Below the pieces are notes generated by a model. That model was not told the DNA's origin. It saw only the letters and a list, made by a program, of their open reading frames with translations, and made no database searches. A DNA stretch of 64,000 nt from Leucoraja erinacea. Taxonomy: Eukaryota. Both the position numbers and the translations under genes were made by a program. This document shows positions 49,061 to 61,836 of this stretch, in pieces (position 1 is the stretch's first letter; each line of letters starts with the position of its first letter). The stretch covers positions 62,001 through 126,000 of the forward strand of contig NW_026575418.1 in the NCBI RefSeq assembly GCF_028641065.1. The letters are read 5' to 3'.

Positions 49061-49519
49061 GGACAAGTTCGAGGCACAGGTGTTACATCTCCTGCGGTTG
49101 CAGAGGAAGTAGCTGGGAAAGGGTTGGTTTGGGTGGGAAGGGATGACTGAACCAAGGAGTTGCAGAGGGAGTGGTCTGTTGAAGGCAGAAAGGGATGAAG
49201 ATGGGAAGCTGTGACCGGTGGTGGGATCAAAGTGACGGTAGCGGAAATGTCAGAGGATGTTGTGTTGTTTGTAGAGTCTGGTGGGGTGAAAGATGAGAAT
49301 CAGGGGATCTCTGTTCTATCTGGTGGCAGGGAAGTGAGTGCAGAACTACAGGACACAAAGGATATAGGGGCAGGATGGAAGGAGGTGTACAGATAACATT
49401 GTAAGTCAGTAGGTATGCAGTAGATGCCAGTCTATTGCCTGTCCCCTGTGATGGAGACAGAGAGATCAAGAAGGAGAGAGGTGTCAGAAGTATGCCACGT
49501 GAATGAGGGCAGGGTAGAA

Positions 49520-50790
49520 TCGATCGTAAAACTCTCTGCCACAAAGGGTAGTTGAGGCCAGTTCATTGGCTATATTTAAGAGGGAGTTAGATGTGGCCCT
49601 TGTGGCTAAGGGGATCAGGGGGTATGGAGAGAAGGCAGGTACGGGATACTGAGTTGGATGATCAGCCATGATCATATTGAATAGGCTCGAAGGGCCGAAT
49701 GGCCTACTCCTGCACCTAATTTCTATGTTTCTATGTTAATAGAATGATGAATGGTTTCTGCACGGGTGCAAGGGACAGTCCCGATGCAATCATCGATGCG
49801 GCAGGGAAGCATTTGGGGCATGTTGCCAGTGCACATTTGGAACAAGAATTGTTTGACATAACCAACAATAGCTTGGGTCCGTGCAAGTGCTCATGGCCAC
49901 ACCTTTAACCTGACGAAAGCGAGGAGCCAAAATAGAAGTTACTGAGGGGAGGACAGCTTCTGCCAGGCAGACAAGGTTGTTCATAGAGGGGAACTGATTG
50001 TGTCTCTGTTCAAAGTAGAACTGTAAGGCCTTTCCTGGTGGGTGACGGAGGTGTAAAAGGATTGGACGTTCATAGTAAAGATTAAATTGAATTCAATTAA
50101 TGTTATTAGCCAAGTATATATACATGCAAGGAAATTGGTAGCAAAGACATGAAGGCAGATGATTATCTAAATGGTGTCAAGTTGGGAAAAGCAGAAGTAA
50201 AACAGGATCTGGGGGTCCTTGTTCATCAGTCAACGAAAGTAAGAATGCAGGTACAGCAGGCAGTGAAGAAAGCGAATGGCATGTTGGCCTTCATAACAAG
50301 AGGGGTTTAGTATACGAGCAAAGAGGTCCTTCTGCATTTGTACAAGGCCCTAGTGAGACCACACCTGGAGTATTGTGTGCAGTTTTGGTCCCTTAATTTG
50401 AGGAAGGACATTTTTGCTATTGAGGGAGTGCAGCATAGGTTCACAAGTTTAATTCCTAGGATGGTGGGGACTGTCATATGCTGAGAGAATGGAGCACCTG
50501 GGTTTGTATACTCTGAAATTTAGAAAGATTAGAGGAGATCTTATTGAAACATATAAGATTATTAGAAGTTTGGACACGCTAAAGGCAAGAAACATGTTCC
50601 TGATGTTGGGGCAATATCAGAAGAACCAGGGGCAACATTTTAAGAATAAGGGGTAAGACATTTAGAACAGATAAGGATTCACTTTTTCACACAGAGAGTT
50701 GTGAGTCTGTGGAATTCTCGCTCAGAGGGTGGTGGAGGCCGGTTCTCTGGATACTTTCAAGATAGCTTGATAGGGCTTTTTAAAGTTAGC
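49520..50790 (+). mobile_element. CR1 fragments (about 49520-49737, 50150-50790)
   Basis: LVRPHLEYCVQFW text and the ttctatgtttctatg tail. Confidence 0.8.
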
Positions 50791-51208
50791 AGAGATTGGC
50801 AGTCACCGATGTACAATGTTGAGTAGAGTGACAACCGCAAGGAAGAAGCTGTTCCTGGACCAGCTGGTTCGGCAACGGAGAGACCTGTAGCGCCTCCCGG
50901 ATGGTAGGGGGGTAAACAGTCCATGGTTGGGGTGAGAGCAGTCTTTGGCGATGCTGAGTGCCCTCCGCAGACAACGCTTGCTAGATATATCCTAGGTAAG
51001 GATATAGAATACAGAACAAATCTGGTTTACTGCAAGGCTGACAGTTGTTTTTCACGCCATTTCTGTGCGTACTAAAAGCATTTGTTGTAGGTGAAAGCAG
51101 CGACTTTACAAAGGAGGCGAAGAGCAAACAGCGGGCGCGGTTTTCTCGGGTCGTGTACACATAGTCATTATGAGATTTACAACATAAACAGATCTACCCG
51201 AGACATTG

Positions 51209-52185
51209 CTGTATCTGTTCCCAGGATGAGACATTCCATACCAGGGCATCGGAAATGTCCTCGTTCTTCAGGGAACAGGGATTCCCCTCAGCCACCATAG
51301 ATGAGGCTCGCACCAGGGTCTCATCCATACCCCGCAACACTGCTCTCTCTCCCCATCCCCGCACTCGCAACAAGGGCAGAGTCCCCCTGGTCCTCACCTT
51401 TCACCCCACCAGCCGGCAAATACAACACATAATCCTCCGCCATTTCCGCCACCTCCAACGTGACCCCACCACTCGCCTCATCTTCCCATCTCCCCCCATA
51501 TCAGCCTTCCTCCCTCCACAACACCCTTGTCAATTCTTCCCTTCCCTCCCGTACCACCCCCTCCCCTGGCACTTTCCATTGCAACCGCAAGAAATGCAAC
51601 ACCTGTCCCTTCACCTCCCCCCTCGACTCCATTCAAGGACACAAGCAGTCGTTCCAGGTGCGACAAAGGTTCACCTGTATCTCCTCCAACCTCGTCTACT
51701 GCATCCGCTGCTCTAGATGTCAGCTGATTTACATCGGGGAGACTAAGCGAAGGTTGGGCGATTGTTTCGCTGAACACCTCCGCTCAGTCCGCAATAACCA
51801 ACCTGAACTCCCGGTGGCTCAGCACTTAAACTCCCCCTCCCATTCCCAATCCGACCTCTCTGTCCTAGGTCTCCTCCATTGCCAGAGTGAGCAACACCGG
51901 AAATTGGAGGAACAGCACCTCATATTCCGCCTGGGTAGCTTGCGTCCTGATGGGATGAACGTTGAATTCTCCCAATTTTGCTAGCCCTTGCTGTCTCCTC
52001 CCCTTCCTTAACACTCGAGCTGTCTCCTCCCATCCCCCCGCCCTCGGGCTCCTCCTCCTCCCTGTTTCCTTCCTTCTCCCCCCACCCCCCATTAGTCTGA
52101 AGAAGGGTTTCGGCCCGAAACGTCGCCTATTTCCTTCGCTCCATAGATGCTGCTGCACCCGCTGAGTTTCTCCAGCAATTTTGTG
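51209..52185 (+). mobile_element. 5'-truncated Penelope-like element (GIY-YIG endonuclease end plus hammerhead-bearing tail)
   Basis: Encodes VYCIRCSRCQLIYIGETKRRLGDCFAEHLRSVR. The 14-bp TSD is TACCCGAGACATTG (51195-51208, 52186-52199). The empty site is visible near 54395. Confidence 0.92.
52097..52124 (+). ncRNA. Minimal type I hammerhead ribozyme core
   Basis: CTGAAGA, stem II (GGG-tttcgg-CCC), GAAA, CGTC (palindromic ACGT, NUH triplet GUC). This matches the minimal hammerheads described for Penelope-like elements. Stem I pairs only weakly. Confidence 0.65.
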
Positions 52186-52622
52186 TACCCGAGACATTGG
52201 ATCAGCGGCGTGAGATTCCGCTCAGTAATAGCGAGCGTGGAACGTTGCTAAATAAAGTCCCGCTGATAGCCCGGGCCGCCACTGTAAAGATATAATGTAC
52301 AGCTGGGTACAGCATGTGAAGGATAAAACAACCCAGTGACCCAGACATTAATTCAGGACAATTCACGGTGTCTGTGGAAGGGCCGAATAATGACGTGTGA
52401 CGCGGGGGAACTGATCAATAAAGGAGTTTGTTCTTGGGGAGACGAGAACACGTCACAAGGGGATTCACATGGTAACCGGGTCCGCCCGGGACACTGGAGC
52501 CCGTGGGGTCAGACTCCGATCGGCAGCTGTGACTGCGGTACCAGTTGTGGTAAGAAAGGCCGGGACCATAATGTAACAGGACAATGAACAGGAGGACACA
52601 GCTCTTTCCACAGCCGGGTTGG

Positions 52623-52638
52623 TGGCTCTTAAAAGAGC
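52623..52638 (-). terminator. Histone 3' stem-loop (H3)
   Basis: Minus strand GGCTCTTTTAAGAGCC-ACC. Confidence 0.97.
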
Positions 52639-52662
52639 CTTTTGTTGTCCTTGGTTCCGAGT

Positions 52663-53079
<417 letters not shown>

Positions 53080-53711
53080 TCAACACTTGTATTACAGCGT
53101 AAAATAGAGGCACTGGAATGACGGAGCCGGCTCTGGAGCCGACTTTTAAAGCCTTGTTGAAGGGCCGGCCCACAGCGTGAGATTGGCTGTAGTACAGATG
53201 CAAACATGTCGTTCCCGCGCTGCGATTGGCAGCAGCTCAGTCAGCAACTGGCCGCCAGTTTCAAGTCTGAGGTCGGCGGGGAAAATATTATTTGTGACCA
53301 TATACAGAGATTTGTGAGCGGCGGGCGGAGCTCAGACAACCAGTGAGGGCAGGCACACTGTAGTGTGGTTGGCTACTGGATCAATTTCAAATTGCCCGCC
53401 AATTTAACAGCGAGCGGGAATCGAGGTAAATACTCCCTTGCAATTGTGAATGCAGCACTATTTTGTACCTACCAACTTAATTTCGAATTAATTTAAATCA
53501 CCTCCGTAAACCACTAAGTCTGAATATGCGGTGCGGATTTACAGACCCGATGTGGAAACTGACGGTATTCAGATCTACCTGAGACGAGATAAACCACTGC
53601 TTCCCGGGGAAGTTTCGAGTCGATCTTTATGTTGCTGGATTTACAAAGCGTTAAGTGGCAAAAGGGATAGCCTCTATGATCTTTGGCCTGGAAAATGCTC
53701 TACTATAAGCC

Positions 53712-53859
53712 TATACTTCAGATACGATCAGTCTGAAGAAGGGTTTCGGCCCGAAACGTCGCCTATTTCCTTCGCTCCATAGATGCTGCTGCACCCGCTG
53801 AGTTTCTCCAGCATTTCTATGTACCTTCGATCTTCCTGCATCTGCAGTTCCTTCTTTAA
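53712..53859 (+). mobile_element. 148-bp non-coding Penelope-tail element with hammerhead core (53733-53760)
   Basis: Absent from the paralogous spacer near 37050. Flanked by TACTATAAGCC/TACTGTAAGCC (11 bp, 1 mismatch). Confidence 0.85.
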
Positions 53860-54092
53860 TACTGTAAGCCCCTCCTCAGTTTAAACTTTCAGAAAATCTG
53901 CCGAACATCAACTTTCCTCATCCCAACCGCTGAAAGTAAGAATTAATCAAATGCATGCGGCCGTCGGGCAATAACTAAAAGTTCATTCAGTACATAATGT
54001 GATCATGCTCCAGATCACTGCTCCCTCAGTGAAATGGTGGGTGGCTCTTAAAAGAGCCTTTGTTTTGTCGATTGGATAAAGGGAAGAATCGT

Positions 54093-54260
<168 letters not shown>

Positions 54261-55540
54261 TTATTTTTCACGCTTTAATGCTGTTTGCTGTCGGTAAAAG
54301 CAGAGGGCTTCATAAAGGGGCCGAGGTGACGTGGTTTGCTCGGGTGGTGTACACACATTTTGAGTCGTTATGAGATTTATAACATAAACAGATCTACCCG
54401 AGACGTTGGATCAGCGGCGTGTAATTCCGTTCAGCAACAGCGAGCGCGGAACCGTGCTAAATAAAGTCCCGCTGATAACCCGGGCTTCCACTGTAAAGGG
54501 AGAAGAAACAGCTGTGCAAAGCACGTGAAGGAAAAAAAACAACCCAGTGACCAAAAGGCTGTTTCAGAGCCACTCGCTGTTTTTGTAAAGCTCCGGAAAA
54601 GGCAATAAAGACGTGTTATTGAGATCAGAACGTGTCACAAAGGGTTTCACATGGTAACCGGGTCCGTCCGGGACACTGGAGTCCGTGGGGTCACTGACTT
54701 CCAGTGCCAGAGACCCATCTTTGATCCTGACTAAGGGTGCTGTCTTTACGGAGTTTGTACGTTCATCCCGTGACCTGCATGGGTTTACTCTGGGAAATAT
54801 ATTGTTTCCCTTTTCAAATACCTAGATTGATCTGAACCCCACAAGCTGATGGTGTAGTAAATTCCAGAGATTCCCTTAGGCTTGTGCAGGGGTATTCATG
54901 TCTTTCTGCACAACAACGGAATATGTGGCCCTATACAGTAGTGCTGGGTTGTTGCAGTCTGTGACCTTTCATTATGAAGCCTTATGGTATAAGCTCAGTG
55001 CTTGTCAAACAGTGTTGTGATTTCCATGACTGTCTGTCTGTCTTTGCTCTTTGTTCTTGTGTCTATGTGGGCCAGGGTTGTGTCAGCTTTCTGTCAATCT
55101 CCTTAATTCCTATCTTCTTCCAAACGATAGGCCACAGCCTTCCCAGTTTCACACATGCTACTCGCATTTTTCCTACGGATACGATAAATCTCTTCCCGTC
55201 ACATTACAACCTATATTTCCCAAGTTAATAATCTTTTAAAAACTTATCAAAATATTCAAGTTTTTCAAGTTCTCATTTTGAAGGAAATAATACCGACTGA
55301 CGTCACAATTCAAGGGTGTGGCCTCAATTGGTGGAAGCGAAGCACTGTGATTGGTTGCTTCAAGGTCCAATCAAAGGGTTGATTGACACCGACCAATGAC
55401 AATGTTCGTTTTCCCCAATCCCTCATTAGCATAGGGCGGTGGTGCAGTCTATGTAATCCGCGCTCGGGTTGAGTTCCCTACATTTGTGCAAAGATCCTAT
55501 AGCAATCTGTGCATTTGTGTGTCCAAAGCCGACAGACGAA

Positions 55541-55918
55541 ATGCCTGACGCACCGAAAGTGAAAGTGGCCAAGAAGGGCGCCAAGAAAGCCGTGTCCAAA
55601 CCTGCAGGCAAAGCGGGTAAGAAGCGCAGGAGGTCGAGGAAGGAGAGTTACGGCATCTACATCTACAAAGTGATGAAGCAGGTTCACCCCGACACCGGCA
55701 TCTCCTCCAAGGCCATGAGCATCATGAACTCGTTCGTCAATGATATTTTCGAGCGCATCGCGGGTGAGGCTTCCCGCTTGGCTCATTACAACAAGCGATC
55801 GACCATCAGCTCCCGGGAGATCCAGACCGCCGTGCGCCTGCTGCTGCCCGGGGAGCTGGCCAAGCACGCCGTGTCGGAAGGGACAAAGGCGGTGACCAAG
55901 TATACCAGTTCGAAGTAA
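55541..55918 (+). CDS. H2B: Histone H2B, copy 2 (125 aa)
   Basis: Protein matches copy 1 except for a 6-nt (Val-Ala) indel in the N-tail. Stem-loop at 55952-55967 with AAAGAG HDE. Confidence 0.98.
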   Translation: MPDAPKVKVAKKGAKKAVSKPAGKAGKKRRRSRKESYGIYIYKVMKQVHPDTGISSKAMSIMNSFVNDIFERIAGEASRLAHYNKRSTISSREIQTAVRLLLPGELAKHAVSEGTKAVTKYTSSK

Positions 55919-58020
55919 AGATTCTCAATCCTGATGAACCGAAATTCCAAAGGCTCTTTTAAGAGCCACCCACAATCTCACTGAAAGAGTTGTAGCTTTA
56001 TTTCGACATCGAATTGTTGCAGAATTGTATGGGGACTTTTGGAAACACAGGTACAATATGTTGAATTGTGATTATGTTTATCAAACTGCGGCCCGATTGT
56101 TCCCTGAATGCCGCTTTTCCTGAGATCACAACAGGTTCAGTCACAGAATCACTTGACGCCGTAATCTCGCATCCGAATTCGCTTTATGAACTGACCCGAC
56201 ATAATTTAACGCTGTGTTATTTACACAGAAACCCGCCCGCTGTTATAATCCGTGAGACGCATTTGCTCCGTTCGATTACCAGTTAATGGAGATAGAAGAT
56301 TAAATTGACGAGCGAAATGGGGTACGCAAAATCTGAGTTCTCGAAAAACAAATACATTATAATTTGTTTTTGGAGATTATTGGGAAAACATTTTTGGCGG
56401 ACTTTCTCAAACTTGGGGTCCGACGGTTGGTTTCCACGCATCCTGACCAGATGTATCCCAGGACATTGTGGGAAGCCAGGGTGAAATTGCAGTGGATCTG
56501 GGAGATATACTTGCATCATTGTTAGGCACAGGTCATGTGTTGGGGAAACATTATTGCTTTAGAGACTGAAGGTATTTTGATATGTGGAGGGGACTTCAAT
56601 GTGGTCATGAATCATAATTTCGATACAACAAGCCTAAAAAAAAACAAGATGCATCTGACCAAGTTTATTAACACATCAGTGCAGGAAATGGGCCTAATTG
56701 ATGTTTGCAGAGAACTTCACCCTTTAGAAAGGGACTACACACACTAATCAGTTCCTCACTCAGCCTACTCCAGGATTGACTACTTTTTAATGAATACAGA
56801 TGAAAGCCACAGGATCACAGAGTGTAAAATCGGGGTGGCAGATGTATCTGATCACAGTGCGATCAGCTTGACAGTACACCTGAATAGTAGAAAAATAAAT
56901 GCTGTTTGGAGGCTCAATGTGGGTATTTTGAATAATAAGGCAAATGTGGAACAAATAAGGGAAGAGATAAAAAGGTACATAGAAGAGAATGATAATGGCA
57001 ATGTGGATCCTGTAATACTGTGGGATGCTATGAAGGCAGTTATACGTGGAAAGCTGATCGCCCTGACATCATCACAAAAAAAGGCCCGACTGGCTACGTA
57101 TGGACATAAAGTAGAAAAATTGAAAGAATTGGAGAAAAAACATCAAAACACACAGGATCAGTTGGTACTAAAACAGATTAAGGAAATAAGGGGGGAGATG
57201 AGATCCTCAGGGGAGATATGGAAAAAAGGACAAGATTTGTAAAGCAGACCTATTATGAAGCAGGACCAAAAGCAACTAGACTCCTGGCCAGGCACCTGCG
57301 TAAACAGCAGGCCTCTAATACAATTCATAAAATAATAGATCCTAAAACCAATCAATTATCACATGAGCCAGATGAGATAGAAAGAATATTTGAAGAATAC
57401 TATAAGAAACTCTATTCTAAACCACCATCAGCTGACGAAAGGACAATGAGAAGTTTTCTTAACTCACTCAACCTGCCATCCATTGGTGAGACACAATATA
57501 ATACTATTACGTCACAATTTACAGTTAAGGAGCTGGAAGCTGCAATCAGTAGACTTAAGGCGAGACTACAAATTATTTACCTCAATCATTTGCAATAGAC
57601 TCGAGACTTTTGTACCAGATCTGATTAATGAAGTCCAAACTGGATTTATTCGGGGATGTCAAACACAGGATAATATTAGAAGAACCCTCCACATTGTGGA
57701 TAATGCTCAAAAAAAGGATACAAATATGGTTCTGGTCATTTAGATGCAGATAAAGCCTTTGATAGTGTTAGTTGGGTGTTTTTTATGAAGTACTAAGGAG
57801 ATTTGGTTTCAATGAAGATGCAATTTGGTGTATTAAATCAATATATCAGGAGCCTACAGCTAGGATTAAGGTAAATGGAAACATATCAAAAAGGATCCAG
57901 TTAGAGAGGGGCACAAGGCAAGGATGCTGTCTTTCTCCTACTCTCTTTGCTTTGTATATTGAACCCTTAGCACAAGCAATAAGGCAGAGAGAAGACCTGT
58001 AGGGGGGTCAAAATAGGGTG

Positions 58021-58865
58021 CGACTCTCGGCAGCAGCGGCCTCTGCAGCCCATCTGCGTTTTTATTATTTTTTGTCTATGGTTTTATGTAGTTTTTGTTA
58101 TTTTTTGTTGGGGTGTGTGTGGGGTGGGAGGGAGGGGGGTAACTTTTAATCTCTCCCTGCACGGGAGACCCGACCTTTTCTTTGTTGGGTCTCCGTTGTC
58201 GTTGGGGCTGCAACGAAGAGAGGCCTCCAACAGGAAAAGACCGGGGGCTCTGGTGCCGACGATTCGCCTCGCCGTCGCGGAGCTGGCCGAGTCCGGAGCG
58301 GCGGTGGAGTGCTGCTGCTGCTGCTGCTGCTGTGGCCCGACCTCCGGAGATTTGGAGGCTGCGTCTGCGGGTCTGGCGGACGGCGGCACCGGAAGCCCGC
58401 GGGTCACAGGAGGGAGACCGCTTTTCAGGGCTCCCGCAACGCGACTTCTCCCGCCCGAGTTGCGTGGTCAAAGAGCTTCTGGAGCGGGGCCTTACAGCAC
58501 CGCCCCGCGCGGCTTGGAATGGCCGCGGGATTCTGCGAGCGCACGCCGGCGGCTCCAACATCAAGACCCAGTGTGCGACCTTGCACCACCCGGCGTGGCT
58601 TTAATGCCCGCGGGACAATCGCCATCGCCAGCCGGGGGCTTTGACTTTGACTCTGACATCTGGGGGGGGGGGGGGGGGGGGGGGGAAGTGCAGTGGAGAG
58701 ATAAGTTTTTTTGGCCTTCCATCACAGCGATGTGATGGATGTTTATGTAAATTATGTTGTGTCTTGGGTCTATTTGTTTGTAATATATGGCTGCCGAAAC
58801 GGCATTTCGTTTGGACCTCAAGGGGTCCAAATGACAAATAAATTGAATTGAATTGAATTGAATTG
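58021..58865 (+). mobile_element. Unclassified non-coding retro-insertion with (AATTG)n tail
   Basis: Interrupts the L1 RT between GVKIG and KEHIIGLFAD. It contains a (CTG)n run and poly-G. Its last ~200 bp match 48610-48800. Confidence 0.7.
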
Positions 58866-59837
58866 AAAGAACATATCATTGGTCTTTTTGCTGATATCAT
58901 TATTTTTATTGAACGACCAGCTATCTGTCTCCCAATTCTAATGAACCTATTTGAAACATATGGATACTACTCGGGGTATAAACTGAATATAACAAAAACA
59001 CAAATTATTTCATTCAATTATTGTCCATCCCAACAAATCAGAGATGCATATAATCTGAAATGGAATTCTAAAACAATACAGTATCTTGGTGTAACTATAA
59101 CCAAAACACATTCCAACTTGTTTGAAACTAATTATAACAAAATTGAAGAAAACATTAAAAAGGATGTTGAAAGGTGGTTTTCCCTTCCTCAAGACTTCAG
59201 TGCCAGAATACAAACAGTAAAAATGAATATCCTACCTATCCAACTATATTTATTCCAATCTCTCCCAATTAATGTTCCCCAAGATAAATTCATAGCCTGG
59301 GATAAAACGATCTCTAGATTCATTTGTAATAGCAAAAAAACAAGAATAAAACTAACAACACTTCAACCGCTGAAAAGCAAGGGTGGAATGGCTTTACCAA
59401 ATCTGAGGAAATACTTTTATGCAGCTCAACTCAGACCTCTGGCTTGTTGGTGTAGACTTGACTATGAATCTCGATGGCAAGAAATGGAAAGGGAGATACA
59501 GGGTTACCAGACCCAGATTTTGCTGGGAGACAAATATCTGAGAGGGGCTTTGAAACATGCTATGGATCCAATAGTAGCATTTACTTTAGAAATATGGAAT
59601 GTTTTAGTGGAAAAATACAATTTAAAAAGAGGGGTTTACACATTGAAGTGGTTCGCATATGACTCAAAGTTTAAGCCAGGTGTATGATTCAAGATTCAAA
59701 GAATGGGCACAAAAAGGCATAACGGCAATGTATACAGTTTCAGATAATGGCGAGTTTATGAGCTTCCAAGATTTAAAGTCAAAGTATGGTCTTGAAAACA
59801 AAGATTATTTTAGATACTTGCAATGAAGAGACTACTT

Positions 59838-61836
59838 CCGGGTCTACCCCAACCAGAAGCCCTGGATGACCCGGGAGGTCCAGCGGCTGTTGAAAGAGAG
59901 GAACACCGCTTTTAGGTCTGGCGATAGGGCTTTATACAGCACGGCCCAAGCCAACCTGAAGAGAGGCATCAGAGAGGCCAAATCAAACTACAGGAGGAAG
60001 ATAGAGGACCACCTAGACAGTAACAACAGCAGGCAAGTGTGGCAGGGGATCCAGTATCTCACCAACTATAAGACCAACCTTGGAGCTGTTGAAGGTGACG
60101 CCTTGTTGGCAGAGGAGCTGAACCACTTCTTTGCTCGCTTTGAAGTGGAGCCACCCGAGACAGCCACATCACAGCACATGGTCCACAGCAGCCTAACCCT
60201 CAAGATAGAGGAGCATGAGGTGAGGCGCACGCTGCTGGCCATCAATCCAAGGAAGGCTACTGGACCTGACGGCGTCTCTGGACGTGTGTTGAAGGACTGC
60301 GCAGACCAGCTGGCTGGAGTCAGTACGAGGATTTTTAACCAGTCTCTGGCCCAGTCCACTGTTCCACCCTGTCTGAAGTCCTCCACCATAGTCCCCTTGC
60401 CCAAAAAAAACAACATCTCCAGCCTCAACGACTACCGGCCAGTTGCACTCACATCAGTGGTGATGAAGTGTTTTGAAAAACTGGTCCGGAGTCATATCAC
60501 ATCACTCCTGCCCCGAAGCTTTGACCCCCACCAGTTTGCGTATAGAGCAAATAGATCTACAGATTACGCTGTAGCCACAGCTCTCCATGCTGCACTGTCT
60601 CACCTGGAGCAGCGGGGGAGCTACGTGCGGATGCTCTTTGTGGACTACAGCTCTGCTTTTAATACCATCCTTCCCCACAAACTGGTGGACAAACTGGGGG
60701 ACTTGGGACTTCCACACTCCACCTGTACGTGGATAAATAGCTTCCTGTCGGGTCACAGCCAGATAGTCAGAGTGGGCCATCATACATCCACGGCCCTCAG
60801 CCTCAGTACCGGCTCTCCACAGGGCTGCGTACTGAGCCCCCTGCTCTACACCATCTACACACATGACTGCACCCCCGCCCACCACAGCAACACCATTGTC
60901 AAATTTGCGGATGACACTACGGTGGTGGGACTCATCTCCTGGGGGGACGACTACGCCTACCGGGATGAGGCGGAGAAGCTGACAGTGTGGTGTGAAGAAA
61001 ATAACCTGCTCCTCAACACCTTAAAGACAAAGGAATTAATAATAGACTTTAGGAAGAATAAAACGGACATGGTACCATTGATTATCAGAGGGGACTGTGT
61101 GGAGAGGGTGGTGAATTTCCGCTTCCTGGGAATCCATATTGAGGAGGACCTGACGTGGAGCGTGAACACCACTGCGCTGCTGAAAAAGGTCCAGCAGAGA
61201 CTGCACTTCCTGAGGGTGCTCAGGAAGAATAACATCACTCAGAGACTGCTGCTGTCCTTTTATCGGTGCTCCATGGAGAGCATACTAAAACACTGTGTAT
61301 GCGTGTGGTACACCAGCTGCACAGCGGCTCAGAGGAAAGCGCTCCAGAGGGCCATTGACAACGCCCAGAGGATTGTCGGCTGCCCTCTCTTTACCTTGGA
61401 GGACTTACACAGTTCCCACTGCATCAAAAAATCCCAGCGTATTATAAAGGACATTTCCCACCCCGGACACTCCCTGTTTGAACTGGTGCCGTCAGGCAGA
61501 CGGTACAGATCTACAAGGACAAGTACGAACAGACTAAAAAACAGTTTTTACCCCACTGCTATAAAAGCACTAAATGTAGCCGCCAAGGAATGCAGGGGCG
61601 ATACATACTAAGGGACTGTGGCACACTGTGAAATCGACAGAAGGATGGAGGGTTGGGTGTTTATGCGTGCTATTTTCATGATATTTATTTTACTTGTTTA
61701 TCTTTAAATATTTTATCTTGTATGTACCGTTAGCTTTTAGAAATGTTTGAATGGTGCACTGACTGGCTGACATTTTTAAATTTCGTTGTACATGGTTCAG
61801 GTTACAATGACAATAAAGAAACTATTCTATTCTATT
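59838..61836 (+). mobile_element. Young 5'-truncated Rex1/Babar-type LINE with open RT (ORF 59866-61611)
   Basis: Uninterrupted 581-aa ORF with [42 protein letters not shown] and FLGI motifs. It has a (CTATT)3 tail and a CTACTT direct repeat (59832-59837, 61837-61842), and is nested in L1. Confidence 0.92.

Larger units (their letters stand above)
46980..50085 (-). mobile_element. Penelope-like element (46980-47330, 49060-49500, 49745-50085) interrupted by L2 and CR1
   Basis: The GIY-YIG-like ORF 46997-47317 and an RT-like segment (QVKGVAMSTCTDPSY) are colinear on the minus strand. A paralogous piece lies at 62850-63490. Confidence 0.75.

Noticed and set aside
58076-58735. Several overlapping 100-200 aa ORFs in the GC-rich insert
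   Set aside because: Open on both strands due to GC content; no recognisable domain.
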